Both the position numbers and the translations under genes were made by a program. DNA of 63,814 nucleotides, filler included, from Globobulimina sp. (lineage: Eukaryota), in NCBI GenBank assembly GCA_003354225.1. It is 19 parts of 19 records of this genome, joined end to end, with 100 filler letters (N's around TTAATTAATTAA, not from the genome) between each part and the next. Parts side by side here need not be neighbours in the genome. Positions count along the whole stretch, not along the records: positions 1 to 3,267 come from PIVH01003253.1; positions 3,368 to 6,634 come from PIVH01003254.1; positions 6,735 to 10,000 come from PIVH01003255.1; positions 10,101 to 13,366 come from PIVH01003256.1; 15 more parts are not named here. One strand, 5' to 3'. Shown piece after piece: positions 1-11,527 of this stretch. Under the pieces are notes generated by a model. The model worked only from the letters and a program-made list of their open reading frames with translations, was not told the origin of the DNA and searched no databases. Positions within the stretch are counted from its first letter, which is position 1; each line of letters opens with the position of its first letter.

Positions 1-730
1 AACAAAGTCGGCCAACTCGGTTTAGGCAAAGGTGCGGCAGTAAAGAATTTAACCATGATTGAAACGGGAGAAATTAAGAAAAAACATATTATTCAAATTG
101 GATGTTGTGAAGAGACATCGTTTTGTTTAGATGACAAATTTAAATTATATGTATGGGGCGGTAATGACAGAGGTTTATTAGGGACAGGTTTAGAAGATAA
201 AGCATATGAAATTTATCAATATAAAGCGGTCCAAGTTGAATATTTTAAGAAAAATAAAACATTAATTAGGGATTTTGATTGTGGTCATTCAAATATTTGT
301 TGCCAATCATTGCATGATCGAAAAACGTTGTATTTATGGGGCAGAAACGATTGGTGTGTTTTCGCATTTTGTGTGGTTTGTGTTTGTATGTATTATAAGT
401 GTACATTTGTAACAACATAGGGGTCAGTGTGGAAATGGTGATGCATCAAAAGAACCAGTGCGAGAACCGTATTTGATGCGAGTCGAAAATAATATTGGCT
501 ATAGTCGCTGTGGTGAATGTCATACCTTTTTAGTGAGTATGGACCGAGAATATTTATATGTTTTTGGCAAAAATAACCATGGCCAATGTATGTTGGATGC
601 AAAAGAAACGGGTGACAGTATATATACGCCTACAGTTATTAAAGTAAAAGATATTTTACCTGATAATACCACACAATTTATTGATATTAAAGCTGTTTCT
701 CAAGATGTAACATTTCTTGTTGTTAATTAA
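1..730 (+). CDS. RCC1-repeat protein, 5' partial, one intron (354-420)
   Basis: RCC1 motifs NKVGQLGLG, YVWGGNDRGLLG, CGECHT and VFGKNNHGQC. Removing GT..AG 354-420 gives LWGRNDWGQCGNG in frame. Confidence 0.85.
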
Positions 731-868
731 AAAACTTATCTATATTAAGTAATAATTTGTAATTAAGATATTGGGGTTTTCAGTTTTCACTAAGTAACTA
801 ATCATTAAGTCGCGACTCATCAGAGCCAAGCAATTCTTGCATCAGTTTATAACCACCAAAAATAAACT

Positions 869-3267
869 ATGGAGGCAATGTTATTAAAAAAAAAGAAGAC
901 ATTAAAAAAGAAACAGGAAATGAATATGCCTCAACCCCAAGCACATGAACAGCCAATCCGTGACGATGACCCCTTCCAAGGCTTACAACACGATCTAAAT
1001 TTAAATCAAGTCCCACGCAATGATTCGCAGCAACACTCTGAATCCAAGACTGACAATTTTCGACATTTAAAGTATACGACTTCTAACCGCAATATAGGCG
1101 ACACCCAAATCCAATTGGGCGGGACCTCGGTGTCTAAATGGATAAAGCAGCAAGAAAAGGCATTTATAGGTTGGGTCAACGCGCATTTACAGACCAGGTC
1201 TATGCATATCGCCTCTTTAGAAAGCGGCATTGCCTCAGTTTCCCCACTCATACATTTATTGGAAATATTGGAGAAAAAGCCATTGCGCGAAATCACTAAA
1301 TATCATAAAAAACCACGGCATAAATTCGATATGTTGGACGGTTTACGGATCTGTCTAAAACAAATACGTTCGCGCGGCAGGAAAGACATTAAAGTTGGAT
1401 TTGACGCAGAAAGTTAATTTATATTTGTACTATAAAATTGATATCGAATCCAGTTTGAAACTAGAAATTGAGACATAAATTGCGACCGAATCTAGTTTGA
1501 AACTGAAAATGGAAACTATATCACAAATTGCTACAAAAAAATTGCAGTTTGAAACTGAAACTGAAAAAAGTTTCAAACTGAAATTTTTTTTTGAGCCGAC
1601 CCCAAATATGAAATTAAATAATTGCCGAATTTGCGCGCATAATCGCGACCTATCCACACAGTCTTACTTCGGGGCGAACAAAAGAAGCAATATTTGGCAT
1701 TGATATGGCGTATAATCGTCAACTATGCTATCGAGGACACCACAGCTGAAGAAATATTGGATAATAAAAAGCGTAAATTCAAGACCCCTGAAGCACGGCT
1801 ACGATGGTGGTGTAACAGCCGGTTATCGGATGAGTTGCAAATAAAAAACTTTACCAAAGACTGGAGTTCAGGCAAAGTCTTAGTCTGTCTCATGAATCAG
1901 GCCTTGGATGAAAATGACCGCATCACTGCCGAGGATGTGGAGGATATGGACACCGAGGAATTATTGGAGGGGCTGCTCAAATTAGGCGATAAACACTTGC
2001 ATATTCCAGAATTATTAGACCCCTATGATTTGATGCATGCGCCCAATAAGGAAGCGGTTATGACATATGTCAGTTTATTGAGGACCTCCATTGAGGCCAA
2101 AGACCAGGAAAGGTCCGCTGCGGAGGCGTCCATGAAAAAAATGAAAGATGCTTTTGCCAATTTGGGTACGATCCAAATTTAATTCAGTTTGAAACTGAAA
2201 ATATACAAACTGGAAAAAAATATTTCAGTTTGAAACTAGATTGGATATTTTTTTTCAGTTTGAAACTCAATATTTTGTCAGTTTGAAACTATATTTTTTC
2301 AGTTTGAAACTGGATATTTTTGACAAAATAAATAGAGGATAATTGGTTGAACAGAGTGAGTGAATTAGAGAGTCGCTTAGAAGAAGCACAGCGACAACAG
2401 GCGGAATACGCGGAAAAATTACAAGAAGAACGGCATGTAAATAGCAAACAATTACATGCGGCCAAGGCGAAAACGGACAAATTATTTCATGAAATTGAAC
2501 AATTAAAAGCTATGGTGTTGGACCAGCAGCATCAGAAAGAAATGATGAAGGAAGATGTGATTAATTCAAATAACAAATATAAGCAAGAAATTGCCCGGTT
2601 AAAGACGCAGATTTTGCAGTTACAGGCACAAAATGATAAATTGAATGAGCAGTTGAAGGATGTATTGGATAATGCGCAGAATACACAGAGTGGCAATGAA
2701 CAGCAAAAACAGGCGTTTTTGATGCAGCTACAAAATTTAAAAATGAATCAAGCGCAGAAACAGACCAATTTAGAGAATAGAATTAAAGAATTGGAGGGCT
2801 TGAATAACCAACAAAGGGATAAATTTAATCAGTTTTATGAACAATATAAGACAAAGTTGGAATCGTCAAATAAGGCCGGCAGGGAATATCGAGAAAAATG
2901 TATCGTGGTCGCTGCGGATACGGAGTCATTAAGGTAATTTTTTTCAGTTTGAAACATATAAAAAAAAATCAATTTGAACCTGATATAATTTTTTCAGTTT
3001 GAAACCAATATATTTCAGTTTGAAACTACAAAATTGATTAAATTTTGAATATAAAAAATCAGTTTGAAACTAGATGAAAAATCATCGTATTGTATGTGTA
3101 AAGGAAACGTATCGCAGAGTTGGAGGCATTGTTAAAACAAAAAGAGAAAGAATTGGGGGATGCGCTTAAACGCGAAAAAGAATTATTAGAACAGTTAGCG
3201 ACGCAAGAGACTGTATTTCGTATTCAATTGCAAGAATTGGGGCAATTTATCAAAGAAATGAAACAAA
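869..3267 (+). CDS. Tandem calponin-homology (CH1-CH2) actin-binding protein with coiled-coil tail (cortexillin/filamin/alpha-actinin-like), 3' partial
   Basis: CH1 motif QEKAFIGWVNAHL...LIHLLEIL...LALIWRII and CH2 motif LRWWCN...IKNFTKDWSSGKVL...VMTYVS. GT-AG introns at 1413-1661, 2166-2335 and 2934-3103 join the four ORFs in frame. Confidence 0.88.
1451..3075. repeat. Intron-restricted dispersed motif (TTC)AGTTTGAAAC(T), about 13 copies
   Basis: About 4 copies in intron 1 (one inverted), 5 in intron 2 and 4 in intron 3. None seen in the exons. Confidence 0.9.
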
Positions 3268-3367
3268 NNNNNNNNNNNNNNNNNNNNNNNNNNNNNNNNN
3301 NNNNNNNNNNNTTAATTAATTAANNNNNNNNNNNNNNNNNNNNNNNNNNNNNNNNNNNNNNNNNNNN
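3268..3367. other. Artificial contig-joining spacer (first of 18)
   Basis: N44-TTAATTAATTAA-N44, with stops in all six frames. The other spacers start at 6635, 10001, 13367, 16733, 20099, 23465, 26830, 30195, 33559, 36922, 40284, 43646, 47008, 50370, 53732, 57093 and 60454. Confidence 0.99.
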
Positions 3368-3941
3368 ACTAAAACCAATATTTGTTGCATTTGAGTGTGA
3401 ATTATTGGTGAACGGTACATCACGTTTAATAAAGGCACTTTTTGTGTTCTGCTTATTTTTCACATCCCACTGCAGCAGTTTATCAATGGCTAATTATTGT
3501 ACTGAACAAAACAAGAAGCAATATAGGCCACAATCTTTCAGGCATTGGTTCTTGACATCAAAGATCCAAATATTTCCATTGATACTTGATTCTTAACTTG
3601 TTATTAGTCGTATCTTTGGGATGACAGATTGTAGAAAGATACATTGGCGTTGTGGAAAGACACAATGACTTTATGGAAAGACATAATGACAGCCGGCAAA
3701 GACCGCAACCAAAATTTCAGTGTCTGACTGATGATCCAAGATACCCAAATTGCTTAATTATAATTTAATACTTTCTATTTTTTAATAGCATCTCTGATAA
3801 ATATGTTCTTGTAATAAATTAGTTTCTTATAATACAGCTGCAATGAATTACGTAGATTAAAATTGAATGGTACAGAGACAATGGTGATGTTGACGCAGAT
3901 AATAATGAACTTCAAAACCTTATTTTCTACGCATCAACAAA

Positions 3942-4853
3942 ATGTCAACACAGAAACAAGAACATATTATATTGCTTGGTGATTCCATTCTGGACAATAA
4001 AAACTATGTGACACGTCAATGTCCAGATGTTATTACACAATTAAAAAGGAAAATATCTTCATTCAATTTGAATTGGAAAGCAACAAATTGTGCTGTTGAT
4101 GGTGCAGTTACATCGCATGTGTTTGCCAAACAAATACTAACCATCCCGGATGATGCAACAACAATAGTATTATCCTCGGGAGGTAATGATGGTTTGGGCT
4201 CATTGTATGATTTAACATCAAATCCAAATAATTGGTGGCCATGGAATTTATTACGGATTTTATATAATACACGGAAAGATTTTCACGTTATCTATGCCAA
4301 GACGTTAAAACAAATTAAAACACGTTTCCCGAATGCAAATGTTATTTGTTGCACTATATATTATCCACAATTCGATGACTATCACATATTAGTTCAAATT
4401 GTAACGAATATTGGAATAAATCTGATGTCAAATGTGATTATTAATTGTTGTTTACAATACAGGAATATCGCAATTATTGATTTAAGACTCATCTTTGATA
4501 AAAAAGCTGATTATGCCAACTCCATTGAGCCGGGAGTTCCCGGCGGTGACAAAATAACAAATAATATCATACATATTATGGAAAATCATAATTTTAATAA
4601 AGAATACAATCAACAAAAACATATTGTATATAAATTAAGTAATTATTCGCATGGGATGGATCCGTGCATTTATGGTTTGTTACATTGGCAACCAACGGAT
4701 AATCATCAACAAGTTGGAAATGTCGCTACACGATTTTTTAGGAGAGCGTTTAATGAGAGAAAGAATGGTTACATTAAACTATATTGTAAAATGGGAATTG
4801 CTTTAACAATGTTGTGTGTTGTGTTGGTGACTTATTTTCAGTATTTCGCATAA
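3942..4853 (+). CDS. SGNH/GDSL-type hydrolase with C-terminal membrane anchor
   Basis: Motifs ILLGDSILDN (block I), AVDGA, SSGGND (block III) and DYANSIEP. Hydrophobic C-terminus. Confidence 0.8.
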   Translation: MSTQKQEHIILLGDSILDNKNYVTRQCPDVITQLKRKISSFNLNWKATNCAVDGAVTSHVFAKQILTIPDDATTIVLSSGGNDGLGSLYDLTSNPNNWWPWNLLRILYNTRKDFHVIYAKTLKQIKTRFPNANVICCTIYYPQFDDYHILVQIVTNIGINLMSNVIINCCLQYRNIAIIDLRLIFDKKADYANSIEPGVPGGDKITNNIIHIMENHNFNKEYNQQKHIVYKLSNYSHGMDPCIYGLLHWQPTDNHQQVGNVATRFFRRAFNERKNGYIKLYCKMGIALTMLCVVLVTYFQYFA

Positions 4854-5086
4854 AATAATGATGTGTATATAAATTCAACTCTATTCGGTAATGATGCCAA
4901 CAAATTGTTTCTGTGAAAGCAGAGTGAGTTAGATTTGAAAAATCTTATCAAAGGAAAGCAGTGGTGAGCTGCACCATGTCAGCACTCCTGATCATTAACC
5001 AATTGATCGATATGTTTGATGATGAAAAGCATATCTCATCAAACCTGCCGTCAAATAATACAAACTTGCCGTCAAGGAATACAAAC

Positions 5087-6247
5087 ATGGAAATACAAAC
5101 AAACAGACACAATAAATGGAAAGGAACTACATACTATGCCCATTTTGGAGATAAACTTGGCGATCATCAAAACATACAAGTACCCGCATCGCAATTTATT
5201 TATCATAGCAATCAACATACCCTCGTTTGCGGTGAATGCGATTTTTCATTCACTGCGTCGTTAATCAGAAAACGTGGCGGATCCGGCATCAATTTGTGTT
5301 CTACGTCTTATTATTATGAAAGGTACCAATGGTTTCGCGATATGCCAAACATTATTCGTGGCGGTGTTGCCGAGTTTGACTCCTTTCTAAGCAATTTAAA
5401 ATATTGCAAATACTTCAAATCCAAAATCACCTTTGGTATCGATGCGAGATCACTACGCTGCACAGAGTCACGATGGAATGACCGTTATAGGCATAAAAAT
5501 GCTACGTTTGACCGTATCATATTTACTTTTCCTCGAAGATACAATAAAAACAATGAGAATTTGCTGTTGTATATACTGAAATCAATGAAATCTTATTTAA
5601 ACCAGAACGGCGAGATCCATTTGATGTTATTTAAAGAGCAATTTTGGAACTGGCATATCAATAAAATTATATTTGAATTGGATTTGAAATTATTTTATTG
5701 GACGCAACTGAATAAATCGTTGTTAAATATGTATTTTAATGGATATATACCGCGCGATGCGTGGGGCAATGTGATGCAATTAGAGGACTATAACAGAGGC
5801 AGCCAATTTGAAATTTGTTTTTGTAGTTTTGTCAAAAACGATTATAGTTATAAATATTTTGATTATTATCTTCAACCAATTATGAACATTTACTCGTCTT
5901 CGACGTATAACAATTATTCCACAGCAGCTCCGGTGCCCATTCATCAGCACATTCATATTCATCACCATTATTATGATAGACTCAATTCGCAAAGAAAGCA
6001 AATTCAAACAGCTTATGATGGGAAAGGAGGCAATGTAAAGGAAGTTTATTTTAAGTGCACTCGATGTGGTTTATATAATGGCCTATCATCTGAAACCTGT
6101 GCAGGTTGCAACAAATTATTTCAGTTTACCATTCCATGTAAAAAATGCGGTTTGTTGAATCGAGGCACATTGAAGAGCTGCTCTGCTTGTTATGAACCAT
6201 TGGTTCGATTGAAAACAAAATATACACTCGTAACGAAAAAACAATGA
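5087..6247 (+). CDS. DUF2431/BMT5-like Rossmann methyltransferase domain plus two C-terminal RanBP2-like zinc fingers
   Basis: LVCGECDFSFTASL, FGIDAR and FDRIIFTFP match DUF2431 motifs, followed by two CxxC-x3-N-x6-CxxC fingers. The start at 5087 was chosen by alignment with the paralog at 6544. Confidence 0.72.
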   Translation: MEIQTNRHNKWKGTTYYAHFGDKLGDHQNIQVPASQFIYHSNQHTLVCGECDFSFTASLIRKRGGSGINLCSTSYYYERYQWFRDMPNIIRGGVAEFDSFLSNLKYCKYFKSKITFGIDARSLRCTESRWNDRYRHKNATFDRIIFTFPRRYNKNNENLLLYILKSMKSYLNQNGEIHLMLFKEQFWNWHINKIIFELDLKLFYWTQLNKSLLNMYFNGYIPRDAWGNVMQLEDYNRGSQFEICFCSFVKNDYSYKYFDYYLQPIMNIYSSSTYNNYSTAAPVPIHQHIHIHHHYYDRLNSQRKQIQTAYDGKGGNVKEVYFKCTRCGLYNGLSSETCAGCNKLFQFTIPCKKCGLLNRGTLKSCSACYEPLVRLKTKYTLVTKKQ

Positions 6248-6543
6248 CAAAACAGATATGGTGGTTGTTGCCATGGCTTTGTGTTGATGAGAGAACTCTA
6301 CTTTTTCTAATACAGAACAGGCATAATCAGGGATTTATATTTAATGCTGTATGCATTAGAAAGATGTAGGAGTTGTTTTGTTAATGCAACGCGGTGGTTG
6401 TGTAACTTATGTTTTTTTGAATGATCGTTGTAGTACATATTAATAATTTATATTTTAAGAGTACGTTTACCCATTTTATTTTGAACAGAGTAAAAAACCC
6501 AAATTTCATGTAAGGACCCTCGATTGTCGTCAAACAATACAAA

Positions 6544-6634
6544 ATGGAAACAATAGCAAAGAGACACAATAAATACAGAGGCATAACATATTATGCTCAT
6601 TTTGAAGATTATCAACACAACAAGTTGACATACC
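6544..6634 (+). CDS. 5' end of a tandem paralog of the DUF2431-like gene (cut by contig end)
   Basis: METIAKRHNKYRGITYYAHFED aligns with MEIQTNRHNKWKGTTYYAHFGD. Confidence 0.7.
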
Positions 6635-6752
6635 NNNNNNNNNNNNNNNNNNNNNNNNNNNNNNNNNNNNNNNNNNNNTTAATTAATTAANNNNNNNNNN
6701 NNNNNNNNNNNNNNNNNNNNNNNNNNNNNNNNNNGAAGTTAAGCAAGCAATT

Positions 6753-9704
6753 TTAGATTATAATCACGGAAAGCAATGTGGCGAAACAAGTTAAAGATAT
6801 TGAAAATCTTTTACTTTGATCCTTGACATCAACAACATGACACTTGGTAGCCTCGAAACAGACATTTGTTGTTACGCCTTTGAACGAAGGCATTGGTTTC
6901 TTATCAATTGCAATCAATTCTATATATAATGCATCCCCGTCACATCTATTATTGCTAAACATTTCAGCAATAAATATTTTGCAATCATGCGTCTCCATTT
7001 TCCAGTATAAATCATGATTGCTGTCAATATTTCGTATTTCTGCGTTTTCGGCTAAAAAGTCATCCGCAATTTGGTTATTCGCTACAGACTGACAAATACC
7101 AATCGGAATTCTAATCTCAGTGTTTTCATTATAATCATGATCTCCTTCACAAACACCATCCACATAATCATCGACAGACCACACAGATACGTCGACATAT
7201 TGACACTCCGTATTTGTATCCGTGTATCCATAAAACGACGGACAATGCACATTCACTCTCTCCGACATTGGATATATATTTTGATAGATGTGATGTTCAT
7301 CGGTTAAATGATAAATAAGTTCCGGATCTCCAACACATTCCGCATTATCAAAATAATTCATCTCAATTTGATTTCCTTCGTAATTGCAACCGAGAGAAAC
7401 ATACGTGTCATTAAAATAGGACCGACAGTCTCCAAATACCACCAAATCGCCTTGTGGCTCACTGATCGAATATCCAGACCCGCACTGTGCGCCTGCACCC
7501 CTATGAAATACCAGTTTGCCATTTCCTTTTGGCTGCGTCCTAAACCAATTTGAAACACTCCCTGCATTTTGTAGTCGCATACTTGAATCAGCAACAAATT
7601 GAATCACATCATCCTGTGGTTCATTGATTTGCCAATTATCTTCTTTGCATGCAAATATATTTATATTTATGTCAGAATGTTGGCATCGGGCAAAGAAAAT
7701 TTGTTTCGCATTGAAATATGAAATTTGCCATTGATGCTCATAAATATTATAATGTAAATGCATGTAATTATTGACAAACGTTGGCACTCCGTCCCAACAC
7801 GAGGTGCGCACGTATTCTCCATTTAAATTTGCATATTTTACTGCGTTTTCAATGGTCAATGTTGTCGGTGTTCGCTCCCAATCTAAATTTGGATCACACA
7901 TAGTTTGATCGATTACTTTTTTACACTGTGCGTTATCACTTAATTTCTGCGCAGTAAACTCGGATAAATCCATTACAGCTTTATTGATATCATTACCATT
8001 GCAATCCATTGTTTTCCACTCACACTGTGTTGGGAATGTGTTGCTTTGCCTTTGTGAAGCTGCACATACTGCGTTTGCATGGTTATCATCACCATCATCG
8101 GCAGAAATAATCCATGATTTCGCATACTCAGTGCCAAACAGTGAAGTTGGTGTAGCATAAAAAACATTTCCACATTTTTGGAAAATCTCATCTGTTTGTT
8201 TTAAATAAAATGTTTTTCTCCCAATACTTTTGCTAGTATAAATTACAGGCTCTAATTGTTGCTCTGCCTTCTTTTTAACACATCCGCTGTAATATCCATC
8301 ATAGAGATGACTATATTTATCAAACAATGCGCCGTTATTATTAACTTGTATACATTCCAACACTTCGCCATCTGGACAACAACCAGGTATTGCTTGACAT
8401 TTATCATCACAACATTTGCCACCATCACATTCTTCAAATCCTTCAACTTTATTATTACCACAAACGCCATCAAAATCTCTGAATTGGTGACAGTCAAAAT
8501 GTCTCGTAAACAAACACTGTAACTTGTCATTATTCCATTCATTATAAATCTGATCAATGGAGCACTGTGAAAACGCATCGATTGTTTTTTTATATCCCAT
8601 AATATGTCCAAAGTCTTTCTCCTTACAAAGCTCATCGTGATCATGAGTAGAACCCAGATTATGTCCTAATTCGTGCGCAAATGTACTGGCAATTTGTACT
8701 GAATCGCGCCGGTGCATTGTGGAAACACTTGCGGAATATGTATCGTCACATATTTCCGCAATATATCCCAATCCAGTCGTCTGTCCCCAGTCTTCATCTA
8801 CAATCGCATGCGTCGCATCATACGACCATTTATTTAATCTGGAATGATCTGTTACAAACTCCTTAACTTTTGCTATTAAATTGTATTCTGTCTCAGGTGG
8901 TTGACGCGTATAATCAATGCCAGCAATATTCCAATTCTCGAGATCCAAAATACCACCAATTACTACATCAAAACAAATAAATTCTTTGCTGTTGTGTATC
9001 CATTTTGTGTCATGATATATTAAATGAACATTATTCATAATTTCAAATATATCAAATTGTAAAACATCTTTCCAGTCGGAGCCATGCTTTTGTTTATAAT
9101 GAGCGACTCTTTTTGGTCCATTGATGATTAATAATTCAATCATGGCACATTTATCTTTGATCATATCTGGGTTGCATTGTATTTGTTTGTCAGATGCAGT
9201 GATACCTAATCTTCGTTTGTTATCTTTGCGAAATAATGCAATATCATCAGTGAATAAGTGATCGCTTTGATGATTAAGTATTTTGATAACATGTTGATTG
9301 TTTTGATAACCAATGGAACTGTTTGGGCTGATTTGGAATGTTGTGCTTGCTGTGAAAATATGACCTTTATACCCTCGATTTTTACAATACGAAAAGGAAG
9401 CAATTGTCGCTTGATGGTTTTTATCGAATCCGTGATAAAACTCACAATTATTGAGTACATTGCTTGTGTTTAAAGGTTTGATATTATCCAATGTTTGTCC
9501 AATAAGATGCGAATTGTCGGATATTAAGTCGTTTGTAACTGTCTGTAATTGTAAATTGAAATTGCGTCCAAATGCGTTAAATAATAATGCTTGAATATTA
9601 ATATGGTGATCGTGATTAAGATGGATGAGGTGAAAATCATCAGCACTTTTAATAGCATACAGCATGCTCGCAACAGCTGCCAGTGTTATTGTAATAATCT
9701 TCAT
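6753..9704 (-). CDS. ADAM/reprolysin (M12B) zinc metalloprotease, secreted, probably membrane- or GPI-anchored
   Basis: Signal peptide, prodomain, zinc motif HELGHNLGSTHD, Met-turn HIMG, disintegrin start CGNNKVEGFEECD and a hydrophobic C-terminal tail. Confidence 0.9.
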   Translation of the reverse strand: MKIITITLAAVASMLYAIKSADDFHLIHLNHDHHINIQALLFNAFGRNFNLQLQTVTNDLISDNSHLIGQTLDNIKPLNTSNVLNNCEFYHGFDKNHQATIASFSYCKNRGYKGHIFTASTTFQISPNSSIGYQNNQHVIKILNHQSDHLFTDDIALFRKDNKRRLGITASDKQIQCNPDMIKDKCAMIELLIINGPKRVAHYKQKHGSDWKDVLQFDIFEIMNNVHLIYHDTKWIHNSKEFICFDVVIGGILDLENWNIAGIDYTRQPPETEYNLIAKVKEFVTDHSRLNKWSYDATHAIVDEDWGQTTGLGYIAEICDDTYSASVSTMHRRDSVQIASTFAHELGHNLGSTHDHDELCKEKDFGHIMGYKKTIDAFSQCSIDQIYNEWNNDKLQCLFTRHFDCHQFRDFDGVCGNNKVEGFEECDGGKCCDDKCQAIPGCCPDGEVLECIQVNNNGALFDKYSHLYDGYYSGCVKKKAEQQLEPVIYTSKSIGRKTFYLKQTDEIFQKCGNVFYATPTSLFGTEYAKSWIISADDGDDNHANAVCAASQRQSNTFPTQCEWKTMDCNGNDINKAVMDLSEFTAQKLSDNAQCKKVIDQTMCDPNLDWERTPTTLTIENAVKYANLNGEYVRTSCWDGVPTFVNNYMHLHYNIYEHQWQISYFNAKQIFFARCQHSDININIFACKEDNWQINEPQDDVIQFVADSSMRLQNAGSVSNWFRTQPKGNGKLVFHRGAGAQCGSGYSISEPQGDLVVFGDCRSYFNDTYVSLGCNYEGNQIEMNYFDNAECVGDPELIYHLTDEHHIYQNIYPMSERVNVHCPSFYGYTDTNTECQYVDVSVWSVDDYVDGVCEGDHDYNENTEIRIPIGICQSVANNQIADDFLAENAEIRNIDSNHDLYWKMETHDCKIFIAEMFSNNRCDGDALYIELIAIDKKPMPSFKGVTTNVCFEATKCHVVDVKDQSKRFSISLTCFATLLSVIII

Positions 9705-10100
9705 TTTCTTTAATATGTCTACTCACAAATTTGCAATCTTCATCTATTGATAGCGTATAAAAATAGATATTCTTGCTAGATTTATGGTTAATTAACATGT
9801 ACAGCTACAAGTCAATCATTACAACCAGGTGTATAGACATAACAACTGTAGAAGAAGCTAGCATATGAAAATAAATGTCGTTAATAGAATTGGTGCATTT
9901 AACTGAATCGAAAGCAAAGTCACCAATTCAGTACAATTTTATTCGTCCCAGCAACGATATCAAGGTTTCTAAAAACTTTATGATATAAAAAATGTGGTAA
10001 NNNNNNNNNNNNNNNNNNNNNNNNNNNNNNNNNNNNNNNNNNNNTTAATTAATTAANNNNNNNNNNNNNNNNNNNNNNNNNNNNNNNNNNNNNNNNNNNN

Positions 10101-11130
10101 CGATATCATTTATATTTATATGACATGTATTTTGTATACACATTCTACTGTTACTTTGTCGATTATTTGATACATAATTATCATCATTAAATACATTAAT
10201 AATTGGTGGTAACACATTATCCATACATGCATAGCTCTCATTATTGTTGTTGTTGTGGTTACGTAAGGGATTATTTCTATACTTATCACAGCTGCCAATA
10301 TGTGGGCCACCTCTACTATTTGTGTAGTGACAAGCGGTGCTTGTCGTTGTCGCCGTAATTCTATGCACATAACGCGTTTGATATTGATTCAATTTTTCGT
10401 GATATTTATTTTTGAAATAATCGATTGCGTCTTGTAAATGTTTCGGGAATGAATAGGATTTTATCTGTTCACCGTCAAAATATTTCTGTAATAATCTCTT
10501 TAAATTACCTTCTTTTTTTATGCTATTTTCGCATATTAGAGATGCTCGATGATGGCCATCGTATAATGCCACTCTGCCACAGCATATACCGCTGATATAT
10601 GAATGTAATAATATTGAGCCATATAAATCTTTCTTGCATTTATCACATACATCGTCATTACCAAATACTTTATTTGCAGTGGATGTGGCATAATGCTCCG
10701 CACATAAAATCATTTCGGGAAATAGATTCTGTGCATAATTAATGGCTCTCCTGCCATTTAACCAATTTTTCGCTCTGTTTTCATATTCTTGCAATGATTT
10801 TGGTAATGAACGCATTTGATTTGTATTTAAACCATTCCAGTTCTCGATAAATTTACATTGTTGATAGGTATCGGTATAATGCTTATATGGCTGTATTTGA
10901 TTTAAATCGGTGTCGATACATAACATTCTGTTTACTTGTATTGTTTTTTCGTTGATAATTTTTTCAAATACAGATAGACGAACGAATATTGATTTTTTCT
11001 CTAATTCTAACAAATTTATACGACATTGTTCTCGCCATTCACATAATAATGCCGCTTTTTCTGGATTTAACGTAGCTATCATTGTTATACTTTTCGCAGA
11101 AGCTTTAGGATGCACAAAAAGAATATTCAA
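10101..11130 (-). CDS. Hypothetical protein, 3' partial
   Basis: Long ORF in AT-rich DNA. Contains LYDGHHRA and an Asn-rich tail. Confidence 0.5.
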
Positions 11131-11527
11131 ATATTATCAAAAACTTACTGCCCTGGGAATACACGTTTTGTTCCGTGGCGATAAGGTTATGTTTTCTCAA
11201 GACCCACTACAGCACGCAGTGGTTATAAGTTACAGACGAGAGCAGAACTGCTGAATATATTTTGATAAGAAAACAGAAAACGTTTGTTTTTAATCTGTTC
11301 CAAAATTGAATTGTCAGTTTGTCCGATATGGCAATTGCAACCGAGCTATTTATTCCGTTACTTAATGATAAATTTTGCGAAATAAAATTGAAAACAAATA
11401 ACAAATATATCCAATGGAATTATTAATCCACCCATAAATTGTTGCACTTCACGAATGTATCCATTTACCAACAACTGTTTATTTAAATAAATAAATCTAA
11501 CAATAAATAGGTACATATGAACAAGCA

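Noticed and set aside
1430-1703. Small ORFs 1430-1657 and 1497-1703
   Set aside because: They are translations of the repeat-filled intron 1 of the CH-domain gene.
1451-3075. GTTTGAAAC repeats resembling CRISPR direct-repeat ends
   Set aside because: The units are only 11-14 bp with irregular low-complexity spacers, they lie inside spliceosomal introns, and no cas genes are present.
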